Assembly (NCBI GenBank): GCA_049512075.1
Contig: JBEKXL010000021.1
Coordinates: 1 to 42,527 of the forward strand
From: Candidatus Bathyarchaeia archaeon
Lineage (GTDB): Archaea; Thermoproteota; Bathyarchaeia; Bathyarchaeales; Bathycorpusculaceae
Direction of reading: 5' to 3'
Length of the DNA: 42,527 nt
Numbering within the stretch: the first letter of the stretch is position 1; every line of letters starts with the position of its first letter. The notes under the pieces were generated by a model. It made no database searches. It was given only the letters and a program-made list of their open reading frames with translations, and had not been told where the DNA came from. Of the stretch, positions 29,078 through 38,413 are shown one piece after another. Position numbers and translations under genes: made by a program.

Positions 29078-29302
29078 GTGCATATCTCCGTTAAACAATA
29101 ATTTTGATATTCTGCTTATAACCTTTCTCGGAACTTGCACAGCGTGTTTGCCCTTGCACTGAAGGGCGCGCGCTATTAAGAATTAGGCTTTCTTTGCCAT
29201 GTTGTGCATCATTCTTCTAAATCTAAGATAATTCCTAATCTCTTTGTCTTCTTTTCCAAACCTGTACACGATTCTGGGAGCAGGCTTCTCTATTTCAAGG
29301 GT

Positions 29303-29830
29303 GTGGGGGAAGAGAACCCCGGGGCTTGCCCCGGGCGGTGAATTCCCCCACTTAAGCCTTTATACCGAGCGTGTGTTACGAAAATGGAGATAACCTTGGA
29401 GATGGAGGCCGGGGCGCACACAGTACACAACCTTTACTGCCACGTCGTCTGGGTTCCAAAGTACCGGCGGAGCATACTGCGGGGCAAGGTGGGTGAAAGG
29501 GCTGAGCAGGTTATCCGTCGAGTCGCTGACGAATACGGCTACACTCTGGATGAACTTAAAGTCTCCCCCGACCACATACACGTCCTACTCAAACTACAAC
29601 CCAAACAGGCCATACCTGACGTTGTGAGAACCCTGAAAAGCATAACCGCCAGGACGCTCTTCCAAGAGTTTCCAGACCTAAAAAGGCACCTCTGGAAAGG
29701 AAGCCTCTGGGCAGAAGGATACTGCGCCAACACGGTAGGCGGACTAAACCTCGACGCCGTCAGAAAATACATACGAGAAGAACAACAAGAAGCCCTACCG
29801 TAGAGCCCCGGAGCTTGCTCCGGGGGAAAC
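29303..29830 (+). mobile_element. IS200-type element (tnpA only) with subterminal hairpins
   Basis: Left hairpin CCCGGGGC-TT-GCCCCGGG at 29318-35; right hairpin CCCCGGAGC-TT-GCTCCGGGG at 29806-25; no tnpB. Exact ends not determined. Confidence 0.88.
29384..29803 (+). CDS. tnpA: IS200/IS605 Y1 HUH transposase
   Basis: HVVWVPKYRR, PDHIH (HUH), LKS.TAR, LW..GY, VRKYI (catalytic Tyr). Confidence 0.95.
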   Translation: MEITLEMEAGAHTVHNLYCHVVWVPKYRRSILRGKVGERAEQVIRRVADEYGYTLDELKVSPDHIHVLLKLQPKQAIPDVVRTLKSITARTLFQEFPDLKRHLWKGSLWAEGYCANTVGGLNLDAVRKYIREEQQEALP

Positions 29831-29998
29831 TACTTTCCTTCCAATCCTGAGACAACTACTTTCTTTAATGCCTGCATAAGAGCATACTTCACTAAAGGCA
29901 GATTCTTCAATCGCCTACCTTCAACCGTAAGAGCACGATAGAGCAACTCAATTTGTAATGTGCAGTGCACGTTCTCTGTCCGTAGCGCGCGGGTGGTC

Positions 29999-30448
29999 CT
30001 ATACGTATTTCTGTTCTTTGTCGCAGTACCATCGCTGATGCTGCTGAACGTACCTGAGCGGCTGACCGCAAGTGGGACACGTGGGTGACGGCGGTGCAAT
30101 CGCGGGAGCACTGGGAGAATAGGCGGGGTAGGCTGGAGGAAGACCGAAGTATTCTCTCACGTCTGGAGCCTGCGCCCATGCTCTGTTGCTATATCCACCA
30201 ATCGTCAGAGCCCAGCGCTGTCCAATGAACAGGCCGACCCCGCCGATGAAGGTCAGCGCCGCTAACAGGACGGTAATTACACCAATGACATATGACCAGG
30301 GTGGAGTGTAGAAAATGAAGTCAATAACTGCGAATACAGTGATGATTATACTCGCAACGAACAGATAGGTTGCGTACTTGGTCACGGCACTCGGCCTCGC
30401 CTTGGTGGGGCCAATCGGCGGCGGAGGCGGAGGATAAGGAGCACTCAC
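29999..30448 (-). CDS. Membrane protein with Pro-rich linkers and a C-terminal zinc-ribbon-like motif
   Basis: Two TM helices; CPTCGQPLRYV..QRWYC. Confidence 0.8.
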   Translation of the reverse strand: MSAPYPPPPPPIGPTKARPSAVTKYATYLFVASIIITVFAVIDFIFYTPPWSYVIGVITVLLAALTFIGGVGLFIGQRWALTIGGYSNRAWAQAPDVREYFGLPPAYPAYSPSAPAIAPPSPTCPTCGQPLRYVQQHQRWYCDKEQKYV

Positions 30449-30654
30449 GATGAACAGCCTCTCCAGTGAGTCAGACTTCTCGATATTTAACAGTTTTCAA
30501 GCTCAAGTTATGGCCTCGCGCGTCCCATGTCCGGACATGTCCTTCTCCGCGAGCATCAGCCCTCAAACGAGACCCATCATGGCGAGGCGGTGGTTCTTCA
30601 TCCATACTGGGCGGAAGAGGCGCGCGCAAATGTTCTGTCCTACGCGTTTCCAGA

Positions 30655-33303
30655 TCATTCGATCCGATAGTTTTCTTTTCCATTCTTAGCGGTTCTAGGT
30701 ATCGTTATCGTGAATTGCGCGCCCTTTCCCGACTCGCCCGTTTCCTCAATTCTCCAGCCGTAGACGTCCATCAACGTTTTTATCAAGAAAAGCCCGTAAC
30801 CTGAGCCTCTGCCCGTTGAAAAGCCTTCCCTGAACAAGTTCGGTCGGACATTCTGCGGTATGCCTACGCCATCGTCCTGATAGACAATCCTCAGCCCATC
30901 TTCCCCGACTTGCTGGCGGAAGATTCTGATCTGAGAGACTTTGCAACCGTACTTCAACGAGTTGTCAACAAGGTTATAGAACATCTGTCTCAAAAGGGAA
31001 TCAGCCAAAACATTCAGACCCTGACACTCGTTTGACACCTTGGCTCCTTTCAAGTCCGAGAAGAGTGAAACAGCTTTCTGAACAGCTTCGTGCACATCCG
31101 TGTAGGTCAACTCTTCAACACCCAACAATTCATAGTTCCTCGCAAAATCGAGGATTCTCACGATTTGTCCACACGCTGACTCCATATCCTTGAAGCTCTC
31201 GAGAAGCTCTGGATTATCCCTTGTCCACTTCTTTTCCAGGAAGATGTTGCCGGTGATTACGGAAAGCTTGTTTCGAATGTCATGCCTCGTCAACCCGCCA
31301 ACAACCTGCAGTTTTTCGTTCATTGTCGCCAGTTTTTGCATCATCTCCTTCATGGCTGCTTCTGTTCTCTTCAACTCAGAAATGTCCTTGTACACGCCCA
31401 CGTACCCAACGACTGTGCCTTCAAATTTCATAGGGGCAGCAGACACGGCTACTGGAACCAAAGCCCCATCTTTCCTTCTTCTTACCGTATTGTGGTAAAC
31501 GTACCCGTCTGAAGCTTTCCTGTCCAACGTTTCAGCTTCTTCCATCTTATCCATCTGCACAATCAAATCAACAAGGTGTTTTCCCTTGATTTCTGCGAGA
31601 GAATATCCGAAAAGCTCCTCAAACCGCGGGTTAATGTCCAAAATGGAGAAGTCCGATCCGAGGTAAACAGCAGCTTCAGGGTTGCCCATAAACAAGCTCT
31701 CGAACTTCTTCTGACTAGTGTAGGCACGATTTTCTGCTTTTTTGCGTTCAGTTATGTTTCGAACGATATCCACGAATCCTATTGGCTCGCCTTGTTCTCC
31801 TTTTATGAATCCTGTGGTTATCTCTACTGGAATTTCGGTACCATTCTTTGTGAGGGCCCTGTACTCTATTGTTTTGCCCTGTCCCGTTTTCATGGATTCC
31901 ATCGAGTCTTGTAGTGCCCGCGCTCGGTCGCCTTCAACCAAAAAGTCAAGCACGTTCTTTCCTATCAGGTCGCTTTTGTCGGCGCTGCCAAACATTCTGA
32001 GTAGAGCTTCATTTACGTCGGCAATGTTCCCGTTCAAGTCACCTGTAACGATGCCGTCCAGAGAAGCTCTGATTGCAGCAGAAAACCGACGTGATTCTTG
32101 TTCCGCCTTCTTGCGTTCTGTGACTTCATGGAATACCGTAGCAAACTTTCCCCTAGATGGAGAAAAGACAGATATTTGGAACTGCTTGTTCATTGGTGGG
32201 AAAAACGTCTCAAATGAAGCAGGTTCTCCGGAAGCAGCCACTCTTGCGTAGATTCCTAGATAAGGCGGCTCGCCTGCTCCATAAAGCGCTGAGGCTTTGC
32301 TTCCAATAGCTTCTTCTCTCTTGATCCCAGTGAGCGATTCAAAAGCTGGGTTAACATCCAGAATAATGTAATCAACTGCCCCGCCGCCTGCTCCATCATA
32401 TACAATCTCATGGAGACAAAACCCTTCGCTCATTGAAGAATACAAAGAATGATATTTCTTCTCACTCTCCATCAGTGTGTTTTCTGCTTTCTTGCGTTCT
32501 GAGACGTCCCTTATTATGTTTACAAAGCCAACAGGGTTGCCCCTGGAATCATTTAGAATGCTCCCGGATAGTTCTGCCACGTATGTTTCTCCATTCATCT
32601 TCAAAGCAGTGTACTCAACGTTTTTCATTGTTCCCTGTTCAGACATTTTTCTCAGGTTCTCTAAGGCTTTGCTGCGGTCTTTTTCTGCCAAGAATTCAAT
32701 GGCGTTCTTGCCAATAACGCAGCGTGCAGATGAATATCCTCCCAGCTCCAGAGCCGCTTCATTGCAATCGATGACATTTCCATTCAAGTCATTGATCATT
32801 ATTCCATCTGGAGAGGAAACGAATATGGCCCTCAGTCTCTCCTTCTCTCGCCAAACGTCCATTTCTGCCCTTTTACTTTCCACGACGGCACGTAAGTCTT
32901 TAGCTAATTCGCAGTAGACTGATTCCGAGTCGCCAGCTTTGTTGAGATATCGGTCAGCTCCAAGGTTCAGAGCTTTGATGGCAACTTCTTCTTTGCCCTT
33001 CCCAGTGAACACGATAAACGGGATAGCATTGCCTCCCTGCCGCAGTTCCTTCAGAAACTCAAGCCCGTCTTTTCCGGGCATCCGATAGTCTGAAACGATT
33101 GCATCATAACTCCCCTTCCCCAGCTTCCCTAATGCTTCCTCCACAGACTCTGCAGTGTCAACTTGGAAAGGGCCTTGCATCTCCAAACATTGCTTCGCAA
33201 CCCTCAACAAGGAAGGCTCATCGTCAACATGCAAGATATGCAACTTTGCTTTCTCAGCAGAATCCACGACTATCTCAACTGGAGACTGAACAGACTCAAC
33301 CAT
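30655..33303 (-). CDS. Hybrid sensor kinase: REC - 4x PAS - HisKA - HATPase
   Basis: ILHVDDE..SDYRMPGKDG..YLNK; four PAS/PAC repeats; TRHDIRNKL; NLVDNSLKY, DDGVG, GYGL. Confidence 0.95.
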   Translation of the reverse strand: MVESVQSPVEIVVDSAEKAKLHILHVDDEPSLLRVAKQCLEMQGPFQVDTAESVEEALGKLGKGSYDAIVSDYRMPGKDGLEFLKELRQGGNAIPFIVFTGKGKEEVAIKALNLGADRYLNKAGDSESVYCELAKDLRAVVESKRAEMDVWREKERLRAIFVSSPDGIMINDLNGNVIDCNEAALELGGYSSARCVIGKNAIEFLAEKDRSKALENLRKMSEQGTMKNVEYTALKMNGETYVAELSGSILNDSRGNPVGFVNIIRDVSERKKAENTLMESEKKYHSLYSSMSEGFCLHEIVYDGAGGGAVDYIILDVNPAFESLTGIKREEAIGSKASALYGAGEPPYLGIYARVAASGEPASFETFFPPMNKQFQISVFSPSRGKFATVFHEVTERKKAEQESRRFSAAIRASLDGIVTGDLNGNIADVNEALLRMFGSADKSDLIGKNVLDFLVEGDRARALQDSMESMKTGQGKTIEYRALTKNGTEIPVEITTGFIKGEQGEPIGFVDIVRNITERKKAENRAYTSQKKFESLFMGNPEAAVYLGSDFSILDINPRFEELFGYSLAEIKGKHLVDLIVQMDKMEEAETLDRKASDGYVYHNTVRRRKDGALVPVAVSAAPMKFEGTVVGYVGVYKDISELKRTEAAMKEMMQKLATMNEKLQVVGGLTRHDIRNKLSVITGNIFLEKKWTRDNPELLESFKDMESACGQIVRILDFARNYELLGVEELTYTDVHEAVQKAVSLFSDLKGAKVSNECQGLNVLADSLLRQMFYNLVDNSLKYGCKVSQIRIFRQQVGEDGLRIVYQDDGVGIPQNVRPNLFREGFSTGRGSGYGLFLIKTLMDVYGWRIEETGESGKGAQFTITIPRTAKNGKENYRIE

Positions 33304-33489
33304 GCAAAACGCCCTTCACACTCACCATCGCACCGCTAGCACTATGCATCATTTGAAAGGTTTCTGCACAATTAAACAGTTATGAATACTCTATCAATAT
33401 TCAAAACAACTTCCGATAAGGGCTATACTAAGACTCATTCTGGCTACGCTTTGCTTCCAGCGACTGAACAATATTTCCTTCTGCGAAGG

Positions 33490-33789
33490 TCATCTCGTCG
33501 CCGTCTTCGTACTCTTTTTCATCACGTAATCGAAGAAGCGTTCCGTCGTCTCGCCGCAGGTCCACTCAGCCCGCAGTCTGGTCCGCCTCTCCGCCCTACG
33601 TAGCTCCGAGAGTAATGAACGATTCAACTCTTTCGAGTCTTCCCCTTCCATCTCAGCTTCGATTCGAAACTCTTTCTCGCCCATTCGCGTAACACATCCT
33701 TTGCTTACAAGCCTCTCAAGAACCGGCCGAACTGCCTCGGGGCTCTCAGTGTTAACGCTCGCAACGACCGAAAAACGCATTTTCGCCAT
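33490..33789 (-). CDS. Small hypothetical protein
   Basis: About 100-aa ORF (ELNRSLLSELRR.ERRTRLRAEWT..TTERFFDYV); function not recognised. Confidence 0.7.
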   Translation of the reverse strand: MAKMRFSVVASVNTESPEAVRPVLERLVSKGCVTRMGEKEFRIEAEMEGEDSKELNRSLLSELRRAERRTRLRAEWTCGETTERFFDYVMKKSTKTATR

Positions 33790-33889
33790 CACTGTTCACG
33801 AAACAGAGTGCTCATATGAAAACGTTCCGCTCTTCCCTCAATCGAAATAACAGAACGATTAACCTCTATCAACGTTAATAATACATGGA

Positions 33890-34241
33890 GTGGATATACA
33901 GTTGAGATACTTGGAAAACGGAGCATCCCGAGAAGACAACCCGCTTCACCCCTCAACGATTAGCCCGCGAGCTTTTTAGCGTTGATGGAAACGGGCTTGC
34001 GAGGAGAAGAGCACGTTCTTTGAATGGTAGATTTCATCGGCACCGAGGGAGAAAGGAAAATGGGAAAATCCTCGGTTGCCTTGTCTACCATCAAATTAGG
34101 AGTTGCAGAGTGCAATTTATGTTTTTCGCAATCAATACAACTTCTTGGGATTCGCTGACGTTGAGCAGGGACCAGTCTGAATCGGATGAAAACAGAAAGG
34201 CACACGCAGGGGTAAGAGCCCGAGCTTTACCGTGAATCCAC
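33890..34241 (+). ncRNA. Putative large structured non-coding RNA (~350 nt), family unrecognised
   Basis: 5'/3' closing stem plus at least 8 compatible helices; G-U pairs favour the + strand; no credible ORF; TATA-like element about 30 nt upstream. Confidence 0.65.
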
Positions 34242-34266
34242 ATTGGCGCGCGCGGCGCGGCTCTGG

Positions 34267-35199
34267 TCATTTTGCAGCCATAACCTTTGCGGCCAGAGAA
34301 ACAGAGCTTTCAACATCCTTCATTATCGTGTCCGCCACCGACACTCTCAAGCCGAGCCCTTCTACGCGCGTCCTGAGGCCTGCGTCAGCCCTATCAATGA
34401 TTAGGTGATCAAGAAAATCCTCATAGAACTTGGCCACACCATACGCAGACGCTTCAAGCCCGAGACTGGACATGATTCTGTCAGCCGGCCCCTTAACCGC
34501 TTTCCCACCCACGATAGGACTGACACCGACTACGTAGCCCCTCATGTTCTTCAACGCGTTCCTGATCCCTGGAATCGACAGAATCGGATTGACACTCAGA
34601 ACAGGGTTGCTGGGACACACTACCAATCGTTCGGCACTGTTTATCGCCTCGATAACTCCCGGAGCAGGCCTTGCATTCGCACTTCCGTCAAACAGCACGC
34701 CCGTAACCTCATCCCTTGCTCGCCTCTTCACAAAGTACTCCTGAAAACCCAAACGCACACAACCCGACAGAACCACCGTCCGCACAGCATCGTTGCTCAT
34801 CGGCACCAGCCTAACGTTCACCCCCAACAAACGACAAAGGTGAGCAACCGCTTCGGACAGACTCACACCGCTCTTTAACAAATCCGTTCTGACCATTTGA
34901 ACCGCAAGATCCTTGTCACCCAGCTTAAACCAAGTTTCAAAACCGAGCCTCTCCAACATTCCCAGACAGCTGAACGTGTCGCCCGCGATACCGTAGCCCT
35001 TCGCCGCATCAACAATACCTGCCAAAGTGTACATAACGATGTCCAAATCCGGACTGACATGAAGCCCGTGAAACTCAAAATCGTCGCCAGTGTTCCCCAC
35101 TATCACAAGATCCTCGGGCGAGATAACGCGAACAAGCCCCCTCAACAGTTTAGCGGCGCCTACGCCTCCAGCAAGAGCCACCACGAGCCCCATGAACAT
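34267..35199 (-). CDS. cofD: 2-phospho-L-lactate transferase (F420 biosynthesis)
   Basis: LAGGVGAAKL, NTGDD..GLHVSPDLD.VMYTLAG, WFKLGDKD, FQEYFV, PSNP.LS, SPIVGG..VKGPA. Confidence 0.96.
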   Translation of the reverse strand: MFMGLVVALAGGVGAAKLLRGLVRVISPEDLVIVGNTGDDFEFHGLHVSPDLDIVMYTLAGIVDAAKGYGIAGDTFSCLGMLERLGFETWFKLGDKDLAVQMVRTDLLKSGVSLSEAVAHLCRLLGVNVRLVPMSNDAVRTVVLSGCVRLGFQEYFVKRRARDEVTGVLFDGSANARPAPGVIEAINSAERLVVCPSNPVLSVNPILSIPGIRNALKNMRGYVVGVSPIVGGKAVKGPADRIMSSLGLEASAYGVAKFYEDFLDHLIIDRADAGLRTRVEGLGLRVSVADTIMKDVESSVSLAAKVMAAK

Positions 35200-35281
35200 C
35201 GCAAGCGAACATTATGACTACAAACACTCATAAGATTAACCTAGGACCTTGCTTCCACTGTCGTGACGTGAAAGAAAAAGT

Positions 35282-36322
35282 CTACAGGCTAGCTTTCGAT
35301 CTGTGCTTTCTGTTTGAAAGCCTGACAAGCAGGTTAAGAGCTGGCTCATCCCTTCTGATGGGCTTAGTTTTCAGAACTCCCGTTTTCTCTGCTGATTTGA
35401 GCATGTTTTCGCCCTCTTTCGTGCGTGTAATAACGCAGGTCCAGCCTTCAAGTCCAAGACCGCCCGCTGACAGATCAGCCACTTCGGAGCTGAAGTCTCT
35501 GCACGACGCGCAGCTCTTCTGGGCATACTCCTTCAGTTCTGCCAGCGGAATCGTTTTTGCAGACCCCGATTTCAGCGTGACTATCATTCTTCCCTTTATG
35601 TTCATGCCCTTGATGCTCCCCAAGTCGATGCCCAGCTCTTCACCAACGTGTTTTTCAATGAGTCCTTCATAGCTGAAGCACTCTGAACACATGAGCCCTA
35701 TCAACAGTTTCACATCTGCAGCAAGTTTCATCCCGAGCATTTGCATCTTCCTCACTGCCTGAATTTGGCAAGGCGTTCCAACAAACGCCACGCTTGTCTT
35801 TCCCTGCTTTACGGCTTCGGGCAAGGCCAGCAGATTAGGCGAGCACGAATACCTTGTTCCGGCACAGCTCAGAATCTCCTCAGAAGTGGAGGCTAGCTTT
35901 GGAACGGGGTAGAAGGGCTTCTGAGCACTTACACCTGAGACCACGGCCCCGTCAATACGCTTGTTTTCCAACGCGTGGAGCAACAGCGCCGTCACGGTCC
36001 CCCCGTCCTGACAGACCTTCAACACTCTGCTGTCTGTTGCTCTGGCTATGTAGATCCGGCGATGTATTCCAAACTGTTCCTGGGATTTTCTCTCTCTGCC
36101 AAAAACGAAAGACTCAAGCTCAGACATCGGCAAGTCATACCTGGGGCAAACTCTGGCGCAAAAACCGCACCATGTGCACTCCTTGTGCAGGTCTGGCCTT
36201 CTCTTCCCCCATCTGAGGCAACCGTTCGGACATACCGCCACACATGCGCCGCACCCGGCACAGATGCCAGCCGAAACAACCTTCTTCCCCAGTGAATCCG
36301 CAAAACCCACTTTGGAACTCAT
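35282..36322 (-). CDS. FrhB/FdhB-family F420-binding subunit with N-terminal 2x[4Fe-4S] domain
   Basis: CAGCGACVAVCP, CTWCGFCARVCP, QDGGTVTALL, AGTRY, VGTPCQ, IGLMCSECF, CASC.DF..ADLSAG. Confidence 0.92.
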   Translation of the reverse strand: MSSKVGFADSLGKKVVSAGICAGCGACVAVCPNGCLRWGKRRPDLHKECTWCGFCARVCPRYDLPMSELESFVFGRERKSQEQFGIHRRIYIARATDSRVLKVCQDGGTVTALLLHALENKRIDGAVVSGVSAQKPFYPVPKLASTSEEILSCAGTRYSCSPNLLALPEAVKQGKTSVAFVGTPCQIQAVRKMQMLGMKLAADVKLLIGLMCSECFSYEGLIEKHVGEELGIDLGSIKGMNIKGRMIVTLKSGSAKTIPLAELKEYAQKSCASCRDFSSEVADLSAGGLGLEGWTCVITRTKEGENMLKSAEKTGVLKTKPIRRDEPALNLLVRLSNRKHRSKASL

Positions 36323-36402
36323 CACTTTTCACCCTAGAAACGGCCAAGCTATAAGTTTAAGTCTTGCCCCAAAACAGATAATCTCCACGTAACCTGGCAG
36401 AG

Positions 36403-37170
36403 ATGTTTCTCTTGGACACCGTTCAGATAATCGCAGTTACAGGTTTGCCCATCATAGAGAAGGGAGACCGGCTGGGCGAGCTCGTGTGCAACGCAGCTGA
36501 AAAACAGGGCACTCCCATTCTGGATGGGGACATACTTGTGGTCACACACGTCGTCGTCTCACGTGCAGAAGGAAATACCGTCAACCTCGACGAGGTCCAA
36601 CCGTCTGAATTTGCGAAGAAAATCGCCGAACAGCACCAGAAGGATCCCGCCCTGGTTGAAGTTATTCTCAGGGAGTCAAAGGGCATCGTGCGCATGGGCA
36701 ACGGCAACCTAATAACAGAAACCAAACAGGGCTTCGTATGCGCAAACGCAGGCATTGACAGATCTAACATACAAGGAGAAAGAAACGTAGCCCTGCTGCC
36801 CAGAGACCCCGACCGTTCCGCAGAGACTATAAGACAGGAAATCAGAAAACTGACAGGACACAGAGTCGCGGTAATCGTCTCCGACACTCACGGACGACCC
36901 TTGAGGATGGGCGAAATAAACGTGGCCATAGGCGTTGCAGGCATAAAACCCATAAGAGACAGAAGAGGCGAAAAAGACTTGTTCGGATACGTCCTGAGAG
37001 TGAAACAAACCGCAATCGTCGACGAATTGTCCTCCGCAGCGGAGCTCGTCATAGGACAAGCAGACGAAGCCGTCCCCGCGGCCATAATAAGAGGATACAA
37101 ATACCCAGAAGCCGAAAACACGAAGGCAACCGAACTCATCAGACCCAAAGAAAAAGACCTCTTCATATAG
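36403..37170 (+). CDS. cofE: F420-0:gamma-glutamyl ligase
   Basis: GLP.I..GD.L, VSRAEG, GFVCANAGIDRSN, LLP.DPD.SA, SDTHGRPLR.G, DELSSAAELV.GQ. Confidence 0.96.
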   Translation: MFLLDTVQIIAVTGLPIIEKGDRLGELVCNAAEKQGTPILDGDILVVTHVVVSRAEGNTVNLDEVQPSEFAKKIAEQHQKDPALVEVILRESKGIVRMGNGNLITETKQGFVCANAGIDRSNIQGERNVALLPRDPDRSAETIRQEIRKLTGHRVAVIVSDTHGRPLRMGEINVAIGVAGIKPIRDRRGEKDLFGYVLRVKQTAIVDELSSAAELVIGQADEAVPAAIIRGYKYPEAENTKATELIRPKEKDLFI

Positions 37171-37267
37171 AATACAGACGGCAAACCGGCAGAGCTCATG
37201 ACAAAGTTATTTAGGCTCCAGGCAAACCAGATAAGTTCATATTGCTGAGTTAAGAAGGTGAAAAACA

Positions 37268-37597
37268 TTGGAGGCAAAGACGCCTAAAGAGTTTTTTGAG
37301 AAGGTTCTTCCAACCAAGTTCAAACCGGACAAAGCTGAAGGTTTTGATGCGGTCGCTCAGGTAAACTTGGCCGGCGCCAACGGTGGCAACTGGATCATAA
37401 CAGTAAAAAACCATAAAATCGACACAAAAGAAGGAGTTGCCGCCAACCCTGACATCACGCTCAAGATGGCAGACACGGACTTCGTAGCTCTGGTCAACGG
37501 AAAACTCAACGCCGTCACAGCCTTCATGACCGGAAAACTCGAATTCAACGGAAGCATGGCCACTGGCCTAAAACTGCTAGACATGGGCTTCATGTAG
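37268..37597 (+). CDS. SCP2 sterol/lipid-binding domain protein
   Basis: GGNW.I, PDITL.M...DFVALVNGKLN.VTAFMTGKL...G. Confidence 0.9.
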   Translation: MEAKTPKEFFEKVLPTKFKPDKAEGFDAVAQVNLAGANGGNWIITVKNHKIDTKEGVAANPDITLKMADTDFVALVNGKLNAVTAFMTGKLEFNGSMATGLKLLDMGFM

Positions 37598-37690
37598 CCT
37601 AGCAGAAGAAAAAAGCGCCTTCCTAATCATCTAGATCAGAATTATCAACAAGACAAGGATCTTTAACGCCGAACATCCTATCTCACAAAG

Positions 37691-38413
37691 CTAAACCTTC
37701 GATGCTCTTCCAGACTCCGGGCTAGCATCCGGCCTGTACGTGAGTTTGAGCCTACTGATGAACGTGACACAAGATAGAATCAGAAATGGAGATGCGAAAA
37801 TGGCCGAAACGAAAGGGAAAATGGAGAAGAAGGAATACATGTTTGAGAAAAGTGCAAAGCTGTATCCAACGATAAAGGCAAGGATTCCCCACAAAGCGGA
37901 GATTCTTCCGCGCCTGAGATTCAGACCGAACTTTTTCTCCAACTGCCCGACATTGTGACCCTCAACAACCGTATAGATTCCCCACAATGCCAGTTGAACC
38001 AGAAAAACTACGCCTAAAGCGATGTCTGAGGAGAACGAACTCCAAAATCCGACAATGGGCGACAACAGTCAGCCCAACGGAGAAACGGCCAAGAGAACCG
38101 CACAAAGCCACATAATCGTTTCTGTTTGCCCGAAACCCAAGAGCCTCCAACCGCTCGCCCGATAATAAATGCCAAGAAAATACACGGCTGGCAGAGCAAC
38201 AAACAAGAACCCCAGTCCCAAGAAGACCAATCCCAAAGGGCTCAACGCGAACAGGACAACCGAGACTATCGAAAACGTAAAGCCAAGCCTCAGCTTCCCA
38301 AACCCTTCCGATGTCCGAGACTCAACGGCCGACGCTTCGCTTCTTTCATGTTGGCCTTCCACAGCATCCACCCACAATAGCCTGCAGCCAACACGCACAG
38401 ATAACTCCTCCAT
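37691..38413 (-). pseudogene. Multi-pass membrane protein interrupted by an in-frame TGA at 38069-38071
   Basis: ORFs 38069..38413 and 37691..38065 are in the same frame (..SPLG*LLSPIVGFW..). Confidence 0.7.

Noticed and set aside
30526-30539. Perfect 14-bp palindrome CATGTCCGGACATG upstream of the zinc-ribbon membrane gene
   Set aside because: Single occurrence; it could be an operator but nothing else supports that.
33960-34235. ORFs 33960..34205 (-) and 34020..34235 (+)
   Set aside because: Short, overlapping, not protein-like, and coincident with strong RNA stems.
33890-34241. RNase P RNA, SRP RNA or group I intron identity for the structured element
   Set aside because: RNase P CR-I/CR-V and SRP helix-8 motifs are absent. 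CTCAACGATTA and CAGTC faintly recall group I R/S elements, but P4 does not pair and there is no host exon.
38069-38071. Selenocysteine or genetic-code reassignment at the in-frame TGA
   Set aside because: TM-helix context with no redox motif, and many other genes here use TGA as a normal stop.
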